Assembly: GCF_036588685.1 (NCBI RefSeq)
Contig: NC_086382.1
Span: 44,729,552 to 44,793,551 of the forward strand
DNA length: 64,000 nucleotides
Source of the DNA: Mytilus trossulus
Taxonomy: Eukaryota
Reading direction: 5' to 3'
Position numbers and translations under genes: made by a program. The notes beneath the pieces were generated by a model. That model was not told the DNA's origin. It saw only the letters and a list, made by a program, of their open reading frames with translations, and searched no databases. Of the stretch, positions 23,730-37,256 are shown one piece after another. Numbering within the stretch: position 1 is the stretch's first letter; each line of letters begins with the position of its first letter.

Positions 23730-25030
23730 AAACTTGCATTTTTGACCTCAATTGAAGTTTCTAATCAGTGAGTGATGGAATCTTTGTCTATGAAGCACCA
23801 GCTAAAATCCAATTGAATTTTAGGTCAAGTAAATATTGTTAGTATGTTTTTTTTCTTTTGTTTTTTTTGGGGGTGGGGAGGGGGTGCAAACGTGCATAAG
23901 ATACAACTTTAACATCATATATCTTAAATTTTGAAAAAGGCTGTCTTCAATTAATGGATATGGAGCTGCTGTGAAAGTTTAGTAAAATGCAACTTGGTTT
24001 ATAGATGACTTGTATTGGAAATAACATGATGTCCACCAATGTGCAGTGAAGTTTGTAAAGATTATGTGGTGCATCTTGATATTTACGTTACTCACTTAGA
24101 ATGAAATAAATTATGTAACATTGTGCACACCACTAGCAGCACACTAAGGATTATTTGTGAATCAAGTAGACATTCATTGAATTGGTTAAATCTTCAATAC
24201 ACTGTTTACATTAGTAGTGGTATAGTTTTCTGTTTTCTTTAAGATTTGTTCTAGATGTCTGTGAAATTTAATCTGCAATGGGGGAAATTGTGCAATGTAG
24301 CACATTTAACCATTTTAATAAAAGAAACTTATATAACAGAGATTTCCAAACTTACATGTCCATTTTTCATCTCAATTAAGTTACTGATGGAATCTTTGTC
24401 AATGATTGTACCAGCTAAAATCCATGGAATCTTTGTCAATGATTGTACCAGCTAAAATCCATGGAATCTTTGTCAATGATTGTACCAGCTAAAATCCAAT
24501 TGAATTTTAGGTCAAGTAAATATTGTTAGTATGGGGTTTTTTTCTTGGTTTTTTTTTGGTGGGGGAGGGAGGGTGCAAATGTGCATAAGACACAACTTTA
24601 AAATCATATATCTTAAATTTTGAAAAAGGCTGTCTTCAATTAATGAATATGGAGCTGCTGTGTAAGTTTAGTAAAATGTAACTTGGTTTGTAGATGACTT
24701 GTATTGAGAAAAAAAAATGATGTCCACCAATGTGCAGTGAAGTTTGTAAAGATTATGTGGTGCATCTTGATATTTACGTTACTCACTTAGAATGAAATAG
24801 ATTATGTAACATTGTGCACACCACTAGCAGCGCACTAAGGATTATTTGTGAATGAAGTAGACATTCATTGAATTGGTTAAATCCTCAATACACTGTTTAC
24901 AGTTTTCTGTTTTCTTTTAGATTTGTTCTTGATGTCTGTGAAATTTAATCTGCAAGGGAAAAATTGTGCAATGTAGCACATTTAACCATTAAGAAACTTG
25001 TATAACAGAGATTTGTGAAACTTGATTTGT
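23730..25030. repeat. Tandem duplication of a unit of about 660 bp, two copies. Each copy carries a G-rich tract, and the junction carries an internal 37-bp triplication.
   Basis: Copy 1 (about 23730-24380) and copy 2 (about 24381-25030) align over hundreds of bp (ccagctaaaatccaattgaattttaggtcaagtaaatattgttagtatg...gggggtggggagggggtgcaaacgtgcataagatacaacttta...tgtgcacaccactagcagcacactaaggattatttgtgaatcaagtagacattcattgaattggttaaatc...). The G-tracts are ttttttttgggggtggggagggggtgcaaa at 23860-23890 and tttttttggtgggggagggagggtgcaaa at 24550-24580. Confidence 0.85.
24389..24499. repeat. A 37-bp unit (ggaatctttgtcaatgattgtaccagctaaaatccat) in three tandem copies, present only in copy 2 of the 660-bp duplication.
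   Basis: The corresponding site in copy 1 (23775-23812) holds a single related copy, ggaatctttgtctatgaagcaccagctaaaatcca. Confidence 0.9.
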
Positions 25031-27763
25031 TTTATAAGAGCCCTTAAAGATGTATTTGTTGACATGAAGGTTTTTGGTTCCATGATTTAATTGGTAGGTC
25101 AAAAGTCGTCAAAGGGAAATAGAACAGTAGATTAAAAGCCAATTGGTTTCAATTACCATAGGATAAATATGATTCAGAATAGTACATGTATATTCAAACT
25201 TTTGAAGTTTATCCAAATAATAATAGATGTATAATGTTGTATGATAGTTAAAACTATGTTTGCATTCTGATCAACTGAGTATTTTGTAAAAGATATATTG
25301 GTTTGCTGCTTACTTCAGTTTTCATTGGTGATACGGAACATTTGTAAGATTCTTGGTTCTTGTATTCATAATTTCATTACAATTGGGTAAAAGTGTTAAA
25401 TTGGTCTTCATTCCCACCACCACCCCCACCCCCAACCCCCCATATTCAACTTCCATGTAAATTGAGGTTTATAGTAGAAAACAACATACATGCAATTTAT
25501 TAGGAGGACATTTAAACTAAAACCAGTCAAACAATTTAAAAAAAGTTGTAATCAATAGCACTTTAATCTAGGAACCAAATTAAAGTTGACCTCACTTCTG
25601 CAGATGGTACATGCTGTCAAATATCTATGCAAAATAAAGTGTAGTTTTTTGTTGTATAAAGAATAGATACAAGAGTGTTTTGTTTGGGTGTAGGTACGAT
25701 GTAGCAGTAGGGATGATACAGCAGACTATATGTGATTATTTATTTACGCTAATTGATAATATACCTGTCTTGTTTTGTCACCTGGAGCAATCGGATAACA
25801 ATAGGTCACATGTTGTTCTATGATCAAGTCTATTAAATGACGAGACCAAAACAAATTTAGTAAGTTTTATTGAAGTTGTAAATACTGTAAAACCAAATCC
25901 AAAAGACGATGGGTGACAGGCTTTTTTTCAAAGTGAGACGCTATACTGGATAGTTAAGATGTTATCAATAATACACAATTTAATTGATGAATTAAGAATA
26001 GTCTAGTGGGCAGACATCCACTTACAGTTGAGATCGGTAGTTATAGTATCTTTGAGAACAGCAATTAAAAAGTGTCCTTTTAAGGTCTTTTTTTCTGAGA
26101 TCATGAAGCATATAATAGGGGTTGGGTAATTCAATTGGAAAAATCGGACACATAAGATATGAAGAATTAGAGGAAATCCTTGGGAGAAAATCAGTACAAT
26201 GATAATGCATATTAAAAATGAGTATAAAAAGATATCATAGAATAACTTGTTTTTGGTTCAAGTATTTTATTTTTTAACATAATAATGACACTATAAAATT
26301 CAACTTTACTGTGTATGTTTAAAACAGACTGAGAGTGCTTTTCAGATACATCAAATATAAGCACCCTAGCAAGGATGTGTATTTGTTATAAATCCTTGAC
26401 CCTAGTACTTGTTATACATCTAGTCCACATCTCCACATGACAGAGATAAGATACAGACAAAAATATTTCCTATCTAATTGAATCTTATGCTTGATTATGT
26501 TTGACAAATTAGTTATCCATAAAGTATTTATAGTTTACAATGATTGTTGGTAATTAATAATTGATAATTATTGTATAGTTATTTCATTATAGCATGTAGT
26601 TTTTATTGTGGATTACACGTTATTGTCAAGTCATGATAATTAATTTACAGTGAAATCATAGTATGTGAATGTATCAAATATGTGGTCAAGTTTGGACAGT
26701 GATTTTGATTAAAGAAGTTAAATGTTATACAGATGTGCCTCCTTTATGCATTTTAATTCAAGAACTGGTTTATGATTCTTTCTAACTTAAATGGAAATAA
26801 AATGTTCAGTACTGAGAGGTTTCACTGTAATTATTGTCCAGATGGATAAATAAATGACCTTTAAGTTCAGAAAACATGTGGAGTAAAAGATTCTTATGAA
26901 TGAAACATTGGATTGTTAAATTCCTAAAGGTTGTAGGTATGTACGTGCCATTGACTATTTTTAGGCATTGCAAGTTTTTGGATTTTTTCTTTTGGAATTT
27001 GGGACATTTTTTTTTTTTTACAATGTGATGCATATGTATTACATGCAAAAAAATTATAAACAGATTTATTTGAAATCCAATGAGCTGAAAGTGACAGGAG
27101 TTTTATAGTATTTATCATATTTCTTTTCTTTTTTTTGAGAGGATTTGTATAATATTACAACTCTCAGATTTAATGTTGCAAGTATCATTATTGTCATTGC
27201 AAATATAACTCTTTGCATGAGTAATGATAAACGAAATGGTTACGAATATCTGGAATGAACTTTGACATTTGAGCAAATAAGCAGAACAAGAGTTGGCTAT
27301 ATACCAGATTGGTATAAATACAAACATTAATGTTTACTAAGCCTAAAACACAATAAAACTAGAAAAATGCATAAAGGTCAGTTTCCGGTCTTCAATACAA
27401 GATATGTGACCTCACAAAAAAAAGCTTCAAAATTTGTTAATGAATGAAATTAAGCCATCTGTCTTCAACACAAAGTTATTGAAGGACAACAAACATTATG
27501 AATTACTTTATCTCAGAAATTTCCCAATGGTGGGATATTATTTTGGGTGCAAGATATACAAACTCAAGTATTAATAAAGGTAGTAAAATTTACAATTTAG
27601 TAATAAATTTCTGTTAATTTTAAACTTTAAAAAAATCAGAGTTATCCCCCTTTGGCTGCTTTTTAAGATTTACAAATTTTTATGAATGAAACTTATTTTT
27701 CAGATATATGTGTAAATGGATTTAAATAATGTGGATTAATTTTATGGAATAATTTCATGATAA

Positions 27764-27916
27764 ATGGCTGCTAAATACAGTGAAGATGTTGAAATGGAGG
27801 TGGAGGTTAAGGAGGAAGAGGAGGAGGACACGGTCAAACAAAGAATGTTAGAAAATAAAGGTAAAAATGAGGAAAATAAAGGTAAATCTGAGGAAAATCT
27901 CAGAGTTGTCTCATAA
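27764..27916 (+). other. Short acidic ORF of 51 aa (MAAKYSEDVEMEVEVKEEEEEDTVKQRMLENK...). It could be a first coding exon, with a GT donor after 27869.
   Basis: ATG in a good context (taaATGG). The sequence is a strongly acidic glutamate run. Two aag|gtaaa sites follow it, and aataaaggtaaa(a/t)...gaggaaaat is tandemly duplicated. No downstream exon was identified. Confidence 0.15.
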
Positions 27917-28243
27917 AAGATCTAAGCATCAAATTCTTAAACTTCCTAATCACTGCCAATCATTCCATGAGTTAGGAAGTTTCTCATCACCATTGTGGTC
28001 TTGATATGAGCGTCACTGATGAGTCTTGTGTAGACGAAACGCGCGTCTGGCGTAATAAATTATAATCCTGGTACCTTTGATAACTATTGAAACACTAATC
28101 AGTTAGAGAAACTCCGTCACCATCATGAATTGTGCATTGGAAGTAGATGACATTATCTTCTTTGTTTATACATGTTAACCTCAAACAATAATTCTGGGTT
28201 AGAAAAGAAATAATGAGATAACGTAAGGGTACCCAAATTGCAC

Positions 28244-28817
28244 AGAGTACCCAAATTGCACCTATTTAGAAAAAATAGCAACGGAAATTTTACAAGATTT
28301 CCTAGAGACTAAACAATTTGTATTTTTATGATTTGATACTATGCACGTCTTTCAACATAGGTAAACATATACAAAAAACATTCACAGTATTTATCAACAG
28401 ATGGACTGTTTACTGAAAAAGCAAAATCACCATGTGACGTCATCAAAATGTCATCTTTTAAAATTAGCAAATACAATATATTATAAGTATCCATTTCGTA
28501 AAATATGAAGAGTAAGCATGGACTAATATCCAGTTGTTCAAAATATTTGAAGATATTAAACAGAAGCTCGCATTAGACTTTTGACGATGTGAATTTAAGC
28601 ATGGATGCAATTTGGGTACTCCTCATTACAGAATCATGGATAGTTGGAAGTTGATTCAAACCCATTTTTTTATGACTCAATATGGATTAAAAATCAAATC
28701 GGTGTACTTATACATTAAAGAAGGATAGGGCTACAAAATAAACACAGTATGGACATTTTTTTCTTGATCATAAAAAAAACGTATGTGAAAAAACTGTCAA
28801 AATAGGTGCAATTTGGG
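28244..28817. mobile_element. Candidate MITE of about 575 bp bounded by the inverted 17-mers gtacccaaattgcacct and aggtgcaatttgggtac.
   Basis: The left end is doubled (28226 ggtacccaaattgcacagagtacccaaattgcacct). There is an internal partial copy at 28603 (gcaatttgggtactcc) and a right terminus at 28801-28817. Confidence 0.45.
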
Positions 28818-31800
28818 TACCGTCACGTTAGTATAATTACTATAGAAAAAAAAAAAAACTTCCATCACATACCTTGAAAAGAAATATTGGGTACATCTGA
28901 CTTTGAATTTTCAACAAAGACTTTTTTCCAAAAGGTTGATTGTTAATTTGTACCATTTATTAAATTTGTATAGTTTAATAGACGTATTTACACTTGTATG
29001 CAAATTTGTCCGCCATTACGTAAAATCACACAGGTTCCCGTAAACTTTGACATCATAATTTAAAATATTTGACGTCACAAATTAAAAGTGATTGTTGCTT
29101 GACGTTAAAAGGTGATTTGGAGTTGATCTAAGGTCATTCGGAGGCAGGATACAGCTAAATACCAAAAGTGTAAATACGTTTATTATCAAAGGTGCATAAA
29201 AAGATTAACATACAAGTCTCTGGAAATTTTTTAAGTTTACCTTTTTTTTTAATATTGATTTTCCTAGCTAAACATCTATCTTAACATGCTGTTTGACAAA
29301 TGGTTTAATTAAGTGATCATTCAATGTAGACTGAAAGTGTTCACCTATTGTATTAAATGTGTACAGTATAGGATCAAAACAGTCGGTTGTTTGCTGACCA
29401 AATAAAAGTACAAAGCACCGACTGTGGACTTAATCTTCAGGTCATTTTTCACATTATTATGATAAATGTGTCTGTCTAAACACCTGTTGCTTTAATATGT
29501 CTGAAGGTAGGATTATTTTCCACTAAAACAAGAAAAGTGTTTGTTTTTCATATAAAATCTAAATAAAAGGAAGAAAGGAAACTCTGCATTCTCAATTTTA
29601 GATAGAATACATGCCAATCTTGGCTTACCAATTATGGGGAATTATGTTTAGCAAATTCAAAAATCATGCAGCTTACTGACAGTCCCTTAGACAAATTAAT
29701 ACTACAATAGGGTAATTACATGTCAGGAAAAGCCCCTGTCTTGTATTTTGTGATTTAGGAAGATAAATGGCATGCATGACACAATTTACAAATTATTATA
29801 TAGTAAACAGATTTAATCAGACCACTTGGCTAATTACAGGAAAATTGGATGAAAACTAAAATTGAAACACTCATTTCTCCCCACTTTGTCATTGAACAAG
29901 TTTTCTGGCATTTCCAGTAAGTGCGAGGGATCATTATAAACGATGGGTCCATTATCTGTCAAAACTACAGTTTTTACTGTAATGTTATTCTAATCACTTG
30001 AGGAACAGTAGCATTGGTAGAATTATGTGGTTAATTAAACCTGGATTAGGTGTAAACTGTCAGATTAAATTTACCATAAAACACATGAATAGGTGTTAAA
30101 ATACTGGGCTACTGGAGTACTGCTATTGTTATTCAAGATGTATAATTAAAGTTTTCTTCTTTTAAAATGAATTTCAATATTATATTGAAGAAAAATGTAG
30201 AACAGTCAGGTTACTGAAATCTGGAATCGCATTTTTATCTATTTAATTTCAGGGGCAAGCTTTGGTTATCTGTAACATGTTTGAATATAAAATTATCACA
30301 TTTACATTTCATCTGTGTTCCCTAAGGCTAATTCAAGGAAAAAGGGGATGGAGGGTGTTAAACTGCTTTATAATTTTTGGCAGATCTGTACCTTTTTCTG
30401 TAGTTAACAGTTCTATGTTACAAATCACAACCTCATGGAATCTGTAACCAAGTTTTCTAATTTCTCTAACATTAACCCTATTTATCAATCCTAAAACACC
30501 AACCTAGAATTAACCTGAACCATATATGAAGCCTAACATCCTTAAGTAAGAGAAGGGTCAAATTTTTAAATGTCTGCAGATGGGTTGGGGGTTGGAACAC
30601 TCTCCCCACTCCCCTTCTTTTTATTTGTATGTGAAGGTTGGAAACTGCTTTTTCAATATGACTGACATAAAATATTTTTTACATCCTTGTATTATTTTTG
30701 TTTAGCTAATTATTTTATTGCAATATTCAGTCGATTCAGTCAAATGTATATAGGTATATATGCAGGGTATACATTTGTAAGCAATAAGCCTTTTGATGAT
30801 ATACATGCCACAATCTGTTTGTTTTTCCCCTATATTGGAATGGAAGGTTTAGAAATTTTAATTGTTTGCGATGAAAGTTTACCCAATAAAATGTACTTTA
30901 TTATAGTATTTGACTTAATTTTCATTCTTTTGTTAAAAACCATGTGAAATCTGTAAGTTAATTTGATTTATATGACCTCATTACACATCATTATGTTTCG
31001 TTGACATTTTATTTTGAAATTTTATGGATTTATTATTTCGAATTTCCAGTTGAAAAAGCAGACTTTAATTTGAAAATATTTTTATTTGTATTTATTTAAG
31101 CTATATTAAATGTAGTTAGATTGACTCGATTTAATTGAGTGATTCTCAAAATGTAAAAAAAATAACAGTGGGACTTGAGAATATAAACTAAAGTGGATAG
31201 AAAATATTAAAGAATTAGTCTAGGACCATTCCTACATAGAATTTGAAGCTTAGAGAAAGTACAGCCATAAGAAATGAGTTATAAAAGAAATTGCTTTCAT
31301 TTTTGTCCTTGTGTTGGCTATATTATAGTTAATTTGTTGTGTCCAAATACTTTTGTGGAACCTTATACAAATTTACAAAGAAAAACGTATTGAGACCTTT
31401 TCTATTTGCCACTAATTTGTCTTCATTGTGTTTTTTGACATGTTTGCTTTGGACATTTTTTTAGAATTCATGCAGTTTTTGATTAAATTTGTCTCATTTA
31501 CTCTTGGGAGCATGTAAAGATTTGTCAACAGAACCCAATTAGCCTCTCTTTGAACTCTTAGTATTGATTCTTCTGGTATTAAAGATAACATCCGTAAAAG
31601 GTTTTATTTAAATGATCAGTCTTCTTCTAATTCCTTGTATAAATAATTAACAACAATCTTTAATTTTGCATCAGATTATGTTTACGTTGGACTTAACATG
31701 GTTTTCTAATTTTGTTGACTGTTTCATGCGAATTGTTACAGTTGCTCTGGGAAATGTACAAAACTAAAAAATTGCATCGTAAATGTTAATGGTGATGAAA

Positions 31801-34800
31801 TTGTCAGAATAGTTTCAGTCCATAGGAACACATTGAAGTATTGTGTTGCCAGAGATAGCATAAACACATAAAGCAGAGCTAAAATATTCATGCACAAAAC
31901 TTTTCATTTTCTATACAATGCTATAGAAGATAGTTTATTCCCTTCACATGTCTATTTGTCACAATTATTTATGAACACAAAGTCTTTATATCCTACTTTC
32001 TACAAAAAAACTGAAAATGGAATGGGGAATGTATCAAAGAGCATAAAACACAGTGGCCGATCCAGGGGGGGGTCCGGGGTTGGACCCCCCTTTTTATTGG
32101 CCGATCAATGCATTTGAATGGGAACATATAGTTGGAACCAACCCTTTACTCTGGGTTGGGAACCCTCCTTTTTAAAAATGGCTGGATCTGCCCCTGAAAC
32201 AACAGAAGGCTTCCAATTGGTCTTCAACACATGCCTTATGACCCAAAGTAAGCTCCCTCAGAAACATTTCGTAGTATGCCTATCCTGATCATATATCTTG
32301 TATCAAATATAACTTTTAATGATTATAAATGGATACCAATCTATAAAAAAAATTGCTAAGCAAGCAATGAAATATACTGGTATATCACTGTATATAAGAT
32401 TTCAGGAGATTAAAATCTGAATATTTCACAAATAAATAATTTGAAAGAAATCCTGGAATTACTAGTAATAGATCCATAAAAAATTGGAGAAAAACCTTTA
32501 AGAATAGTTTGTTTAACTTTTTTAGATAAACGTCAATGGCACCAATTTAACTGCTCAAGATGCACATTTCAACAATAAATGTTTAAGACTATCAACAACT
32601 GAAAAACAAAGTGTGCCCTGATCGAAATTAACCTCAAGAACGAAACAAACTATTGGTTCTATTCACTTTAATCATACACATTTATGAGAACACTGGCTAG
32701 CTAAATTCATGTATATGAACGTTGTTGTCTAGTGGCAAACAAGTCTCCTATCTTAACTTGTAAATGTTGAGTGTTTGTGTATGTGTCCATATAAAACTTG
32801 TTATAGGTATGATGGCCAATACGTAAACAGTGGTTTGTTTGACCTTTCCAAACTAGGTTATATCATTTCTGTTAAGTTATAATCTGAGATAGTGTCATGT
32901 CATATTGGTCATATACCATACTTGTCTCAGATTTTTAGATAAAGGAGATTTTATAAAGATACCCTGATTTGTTATCTTAGATGTGAAAATGACAGAATGT
33001 TGTCCTGAATATGGAATTATGATATATAAATGTAGAACAAACAGTGAATAGGTGTCAATTTAAAGAATAAAATATAGGAAAATATATGCCGTTACTACTA
33101 GACAATAGCGCCTAATGATAATAAGCATGACCGGTTTCGGTCCTTTAAGGACCTTCTTCAGAGGCTGTCAATTTAAAGAATACTTTTTAGTTTCCATTGA
33201 AAGAAATGTTTTTTTCTGAGAATTAAAGACAGATTCTGATAATTTTATCAGAGTCTTATTTATTATAATATGGGTAGGAAAAGGATTTTAAGAAGCCATC
33301 TATCATCCAATCTATTAATCAGTCAATAAATATTGAAGGTGCCTGTAAATTAAGATAAAAAAAAATTATGCAGATTTTGTAAATAAACTTTGATAAATTG
33401 AATAATAATAGTATTTGAAGTTTTTATTTTTAGATATTCGTTCCATCTACTCACAAAATAAATTTAACATATTCATTATGCTCTTTGGTGGGTTGTTTTC
33501 TCTTTGACATATTCCCCTTTTCCATCTCAATTTTATTTTATTTTTTTGGTGAAAAAGTGCAATATCATAATGATGCATGAATCAAAGAGATTAGGTTTTA
33601 ATTGCTTTAAATTGACACCAATTTAACTGAAATCTTTTGTTAAAATTTTACATCTAAATTTCTGATAAAAATCTCAATTGTACAAAAGTACTTTTAACAG
33701 GCTTTCATTTTCTAAACACAATTACTTTAAACATGCATTTTTCAAATTAGAGTCTTTTGTGTCAACATTTTTCCAGGTGAAAAATCCACATTAGGGAACA
33801 AGTTAATTTTTGATTGATAGTATATTTGTTCAAAAGCCACAAATATTATATAACTGGGTATTAAAGTCCCACCAGAGTTGATCTCATTATTTACACTGGG
33901 TATCTTATTGTTAGAAAATTATTTTATCAGCCTTTTCATGTTTAATTCTGAATATTTAGAGATAACACTAATACGAGGTCTAAAATCAATAAAAATCTAA
34001 TGGTTATTAATTAAGTTGAAGGGAGCATAAAGTCAGATTGTCAATATTTTGGTCTCTTTTTTCATTTTGAGATTGTCCCCAAACAAAAGATAGCGGGAGT
34101 ATGAATGGCTTGTATTCAACAACAAAGCAAGACTAGGACACATGTCATGTGTGTGAATCAATAGCCTCTACCATACTTCATCAAAATCTTGGATGTAGTA
34201 AACTATACATGTAACATTGGATAACACTGGCAAAATTTTATGGGATGTTGTAAATTTTAAAATTGTTTGAACGTCAGCGGTTATTCGGTGACGGGAACCA
34301 ATTGAAAGTTCACTGCTACGTAAATTTACTTAAGCAAATGTCAATAGAGTTTATGAATTTAAACGTTTAATTTAATGCAAAGGAAATGTAAACAGAGAAC
34401 TCATGTGATATTAAAGACAAGAACCTTTGAAACAAGTTGAGTGGGTTCAAATTGCTCAGTGACACCCATGGTACGCAAGAGCTATTTGCAGCATTGTTCA
34501 TTTTTGCCAGTTTGTTATTAAGTCACATATAATCGATCAGTGTTTTGACCAGAAGGAAGGCTTTAAGTGAGGAATAATAACATCTCTAGAAGTGATTGTT
34601 GCACCATTAATACTGTTGGATGTTTATTAATGCTATTTTGTGTGTCATATTATATGGATTTTTTATTGTGGATTATTGTAACATGAGCATATAAAGATGG
34701 CAAGGAATGATATTACTTCTAAATATCTTAAATTTAAAGGTAAGGTCTACTTTTTATTTATAAAAATGGGATATGAATAAAGGAAAGAACACAAACAGAT

Positions 34801-37223
34801 ATTGCAAGCAGAATTGGTTTCATAAGCTTTATTTGAAAAGATAAATTTTGTTTTCCAGTTAAGATTTTGTTGCTAGCAATTTAAGCAAAATTCAATAAAC
34901 CCAAACCTTGAATGCCGCTAATAACAGATAGAAGCCCATACACTTAAATTAAAATAGCTGTCCTAACCCTACTTAGGTTGTATGAGAACCAAAATGCTGA
35001 GGTACATCTGTGAGGAAAAGTGTTGTTTTTTTTTAAATAATTGCCCTATGTTTTCAAATAATTCAATCAATATACAACTTGGCAGACAAAAATTACAATG
35101 TCATCATATAAACCCTGATATGATAGTTATTTCAGTTTGTATGATCCAGTATACTTTACTTTTGACTAATGGGTGTTTTGTTCATTTTAAACATGTATTT
35201 AATTTAATTGAAATATAGCAGGACATGGTATATATAATTTTGTGAGACCTAAATTCAAGTTTCTTTTATTATTAGTTTATTATTATGCATGTGAACTGCA
35301 TTTAAATACTTTTTCATCCTTATATTATATATATAGAATCATAAATGCAGATTACTGAAATTGGATTTATGCAATATTTCCTTTTTATTATCAAAACATT
35401 TTTTATGACTGATAAAGTGACGAAATCTTTTGTAACTTTATACACCTGGCTTGTACGACAGACAATTTTATTGGCTGATATATATATTTATTATTGTGAA
35501 TTTATGAAAAAATGACTAAAATTGGATATTCAATGTTAGAACATCTGCTACTGTGTCTAACAGATTTAAGTAAGAATAGGAAATTATCTCATTAGAAAAT
35601 GCGGACACCATATGTTGGATGATAAACACTCAGGAACTTAACAAATTAAAGCTGACACTTCTGTCTCCTGAATCCTGATTATTACACATCAGTACTGTAA
35701 TAATAATAGAAACAGTTATTGACTCAATCTGAATTATAGTAATTGATCAGAAATAGTGAGAGATGGTGTTAATGTCATTTTGTATGGACAGTAAGATTTC
35801 AGCTCAGGAGAATTTGCCCCTTTAAATGTTATTTTGCCTTGAAAATAAAGTCTTTTATGATAGTATTCACAGAAAAAACTAAATGAATGCAATACAAACT
35901 TATTACACATGAATAAATTAATATACTTTTTTTTTATTTCTGTTGAAAAATTCTCACTTCTATTTCTTCCAATACTCTTAAGGTCCTCAGTGAGAAAATA
36001 TTTAAGTGCATTGAGGGAAAAATTATTAGGCATTAATCCCCTGGGAAAGCATTTTCTACAAACATAAAGTTGAGTTATCCTGCTAATTGACATATTGGCC
36101 TTACACTATTCTGTCTTGTCAGTGTATATTATTTGGAACCAATCTCCCGTAATGGCTTATATTTTTTACAGTCCATGCATTTTAATTGGTAATAACACAT
36201 CAAAAGGAATTGTTCTCCAAGTTTCAGTCTAAGACTATATATATAAGTCTACATTTCGTATTTTGTTTCCATCATTGAATTGCTTACTGCCTATGCCATT
36301 TACTTAACTTATAGATTGTGTGGATGTTTTTTTTTTCTCTTTCCAATAAAATTTAAAACTTCTTTGAGAATCTGTTTCAAAATTAGTTATCAGGTCTAAA
36401 ATTTTGATAATCAATTTCTAAATTAGCATATTAACATCAAAGGTGACTTTATCAGGTATCAAGTTCCTTATCTAAAGGCATTGCTTGGTAGTTTAGATTG
36501 TGAAATCCCTCAATTTACATTTTAATTATAAATATGAATCTATTGCTTTCAAAAACCATATTGATAACCAAAAAGTGTTATCAGATGAATAAATTTTGCT
36601 AATAAGGATAGAACTAGTAGTTTCAACATTTTTAATTTCCCTTACTGAACCCCATTTGTATCGGTAAATCAAGGTACTCTTCTCACCTGTTGTGAACAGG
36701 TCGGTTTGTAATTGCTCGGTTAGATCCATCCAAACAATACTATCGCTAACACATTACTTACACATGGATTAACCAGAATTATACCGCTGTCGTTAAACGT
36801 TACCGATCATCAAGACAACATGCCCCTTATTATTATCAGACTAACAGTTAACGTTGGTCTTTAATCTATTAGATATTACTCAGAATGGAAACAAAGTTAC
36901 AAAGGAGGAGAACATAATAGTAGAATGTTTATGAGTGACGTAACAATGTAAAGTGAATACCCTTTGACAACTTCCTTTCCTTTCAGGTTTTTCTAAACAT
37001 TTTGTATTGTGATAGTTCTGAGTAATACATTCTTTCTTTAGGAATAAGATAAACAGACAGGGACTGATTTTTTTGGACTGCTAGCTTCCTTGGACACTTT
37101 CTTTGATACAACTTTCTTATCAAAATAAACATTAGATGATAACAAGTCCTTATTAAATTCAGAAGTTTTGGGTGCATTCATTTTTGCAATTGTTGATTAA
37201 TGGGCACAGATGCTTGATTAATG

Positions 37224-37256
37224 CTTGATTAATGCTTGATTAATCATTGCAATTTC
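37224..37256. repeat. An 11-bp microsatellite (tgcttgattaa) in about 3.5 copies.
   Basis: gatgcttgattaatgcttgattaatgcttgattaatcattg, read directly. Confidence 0.9.
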
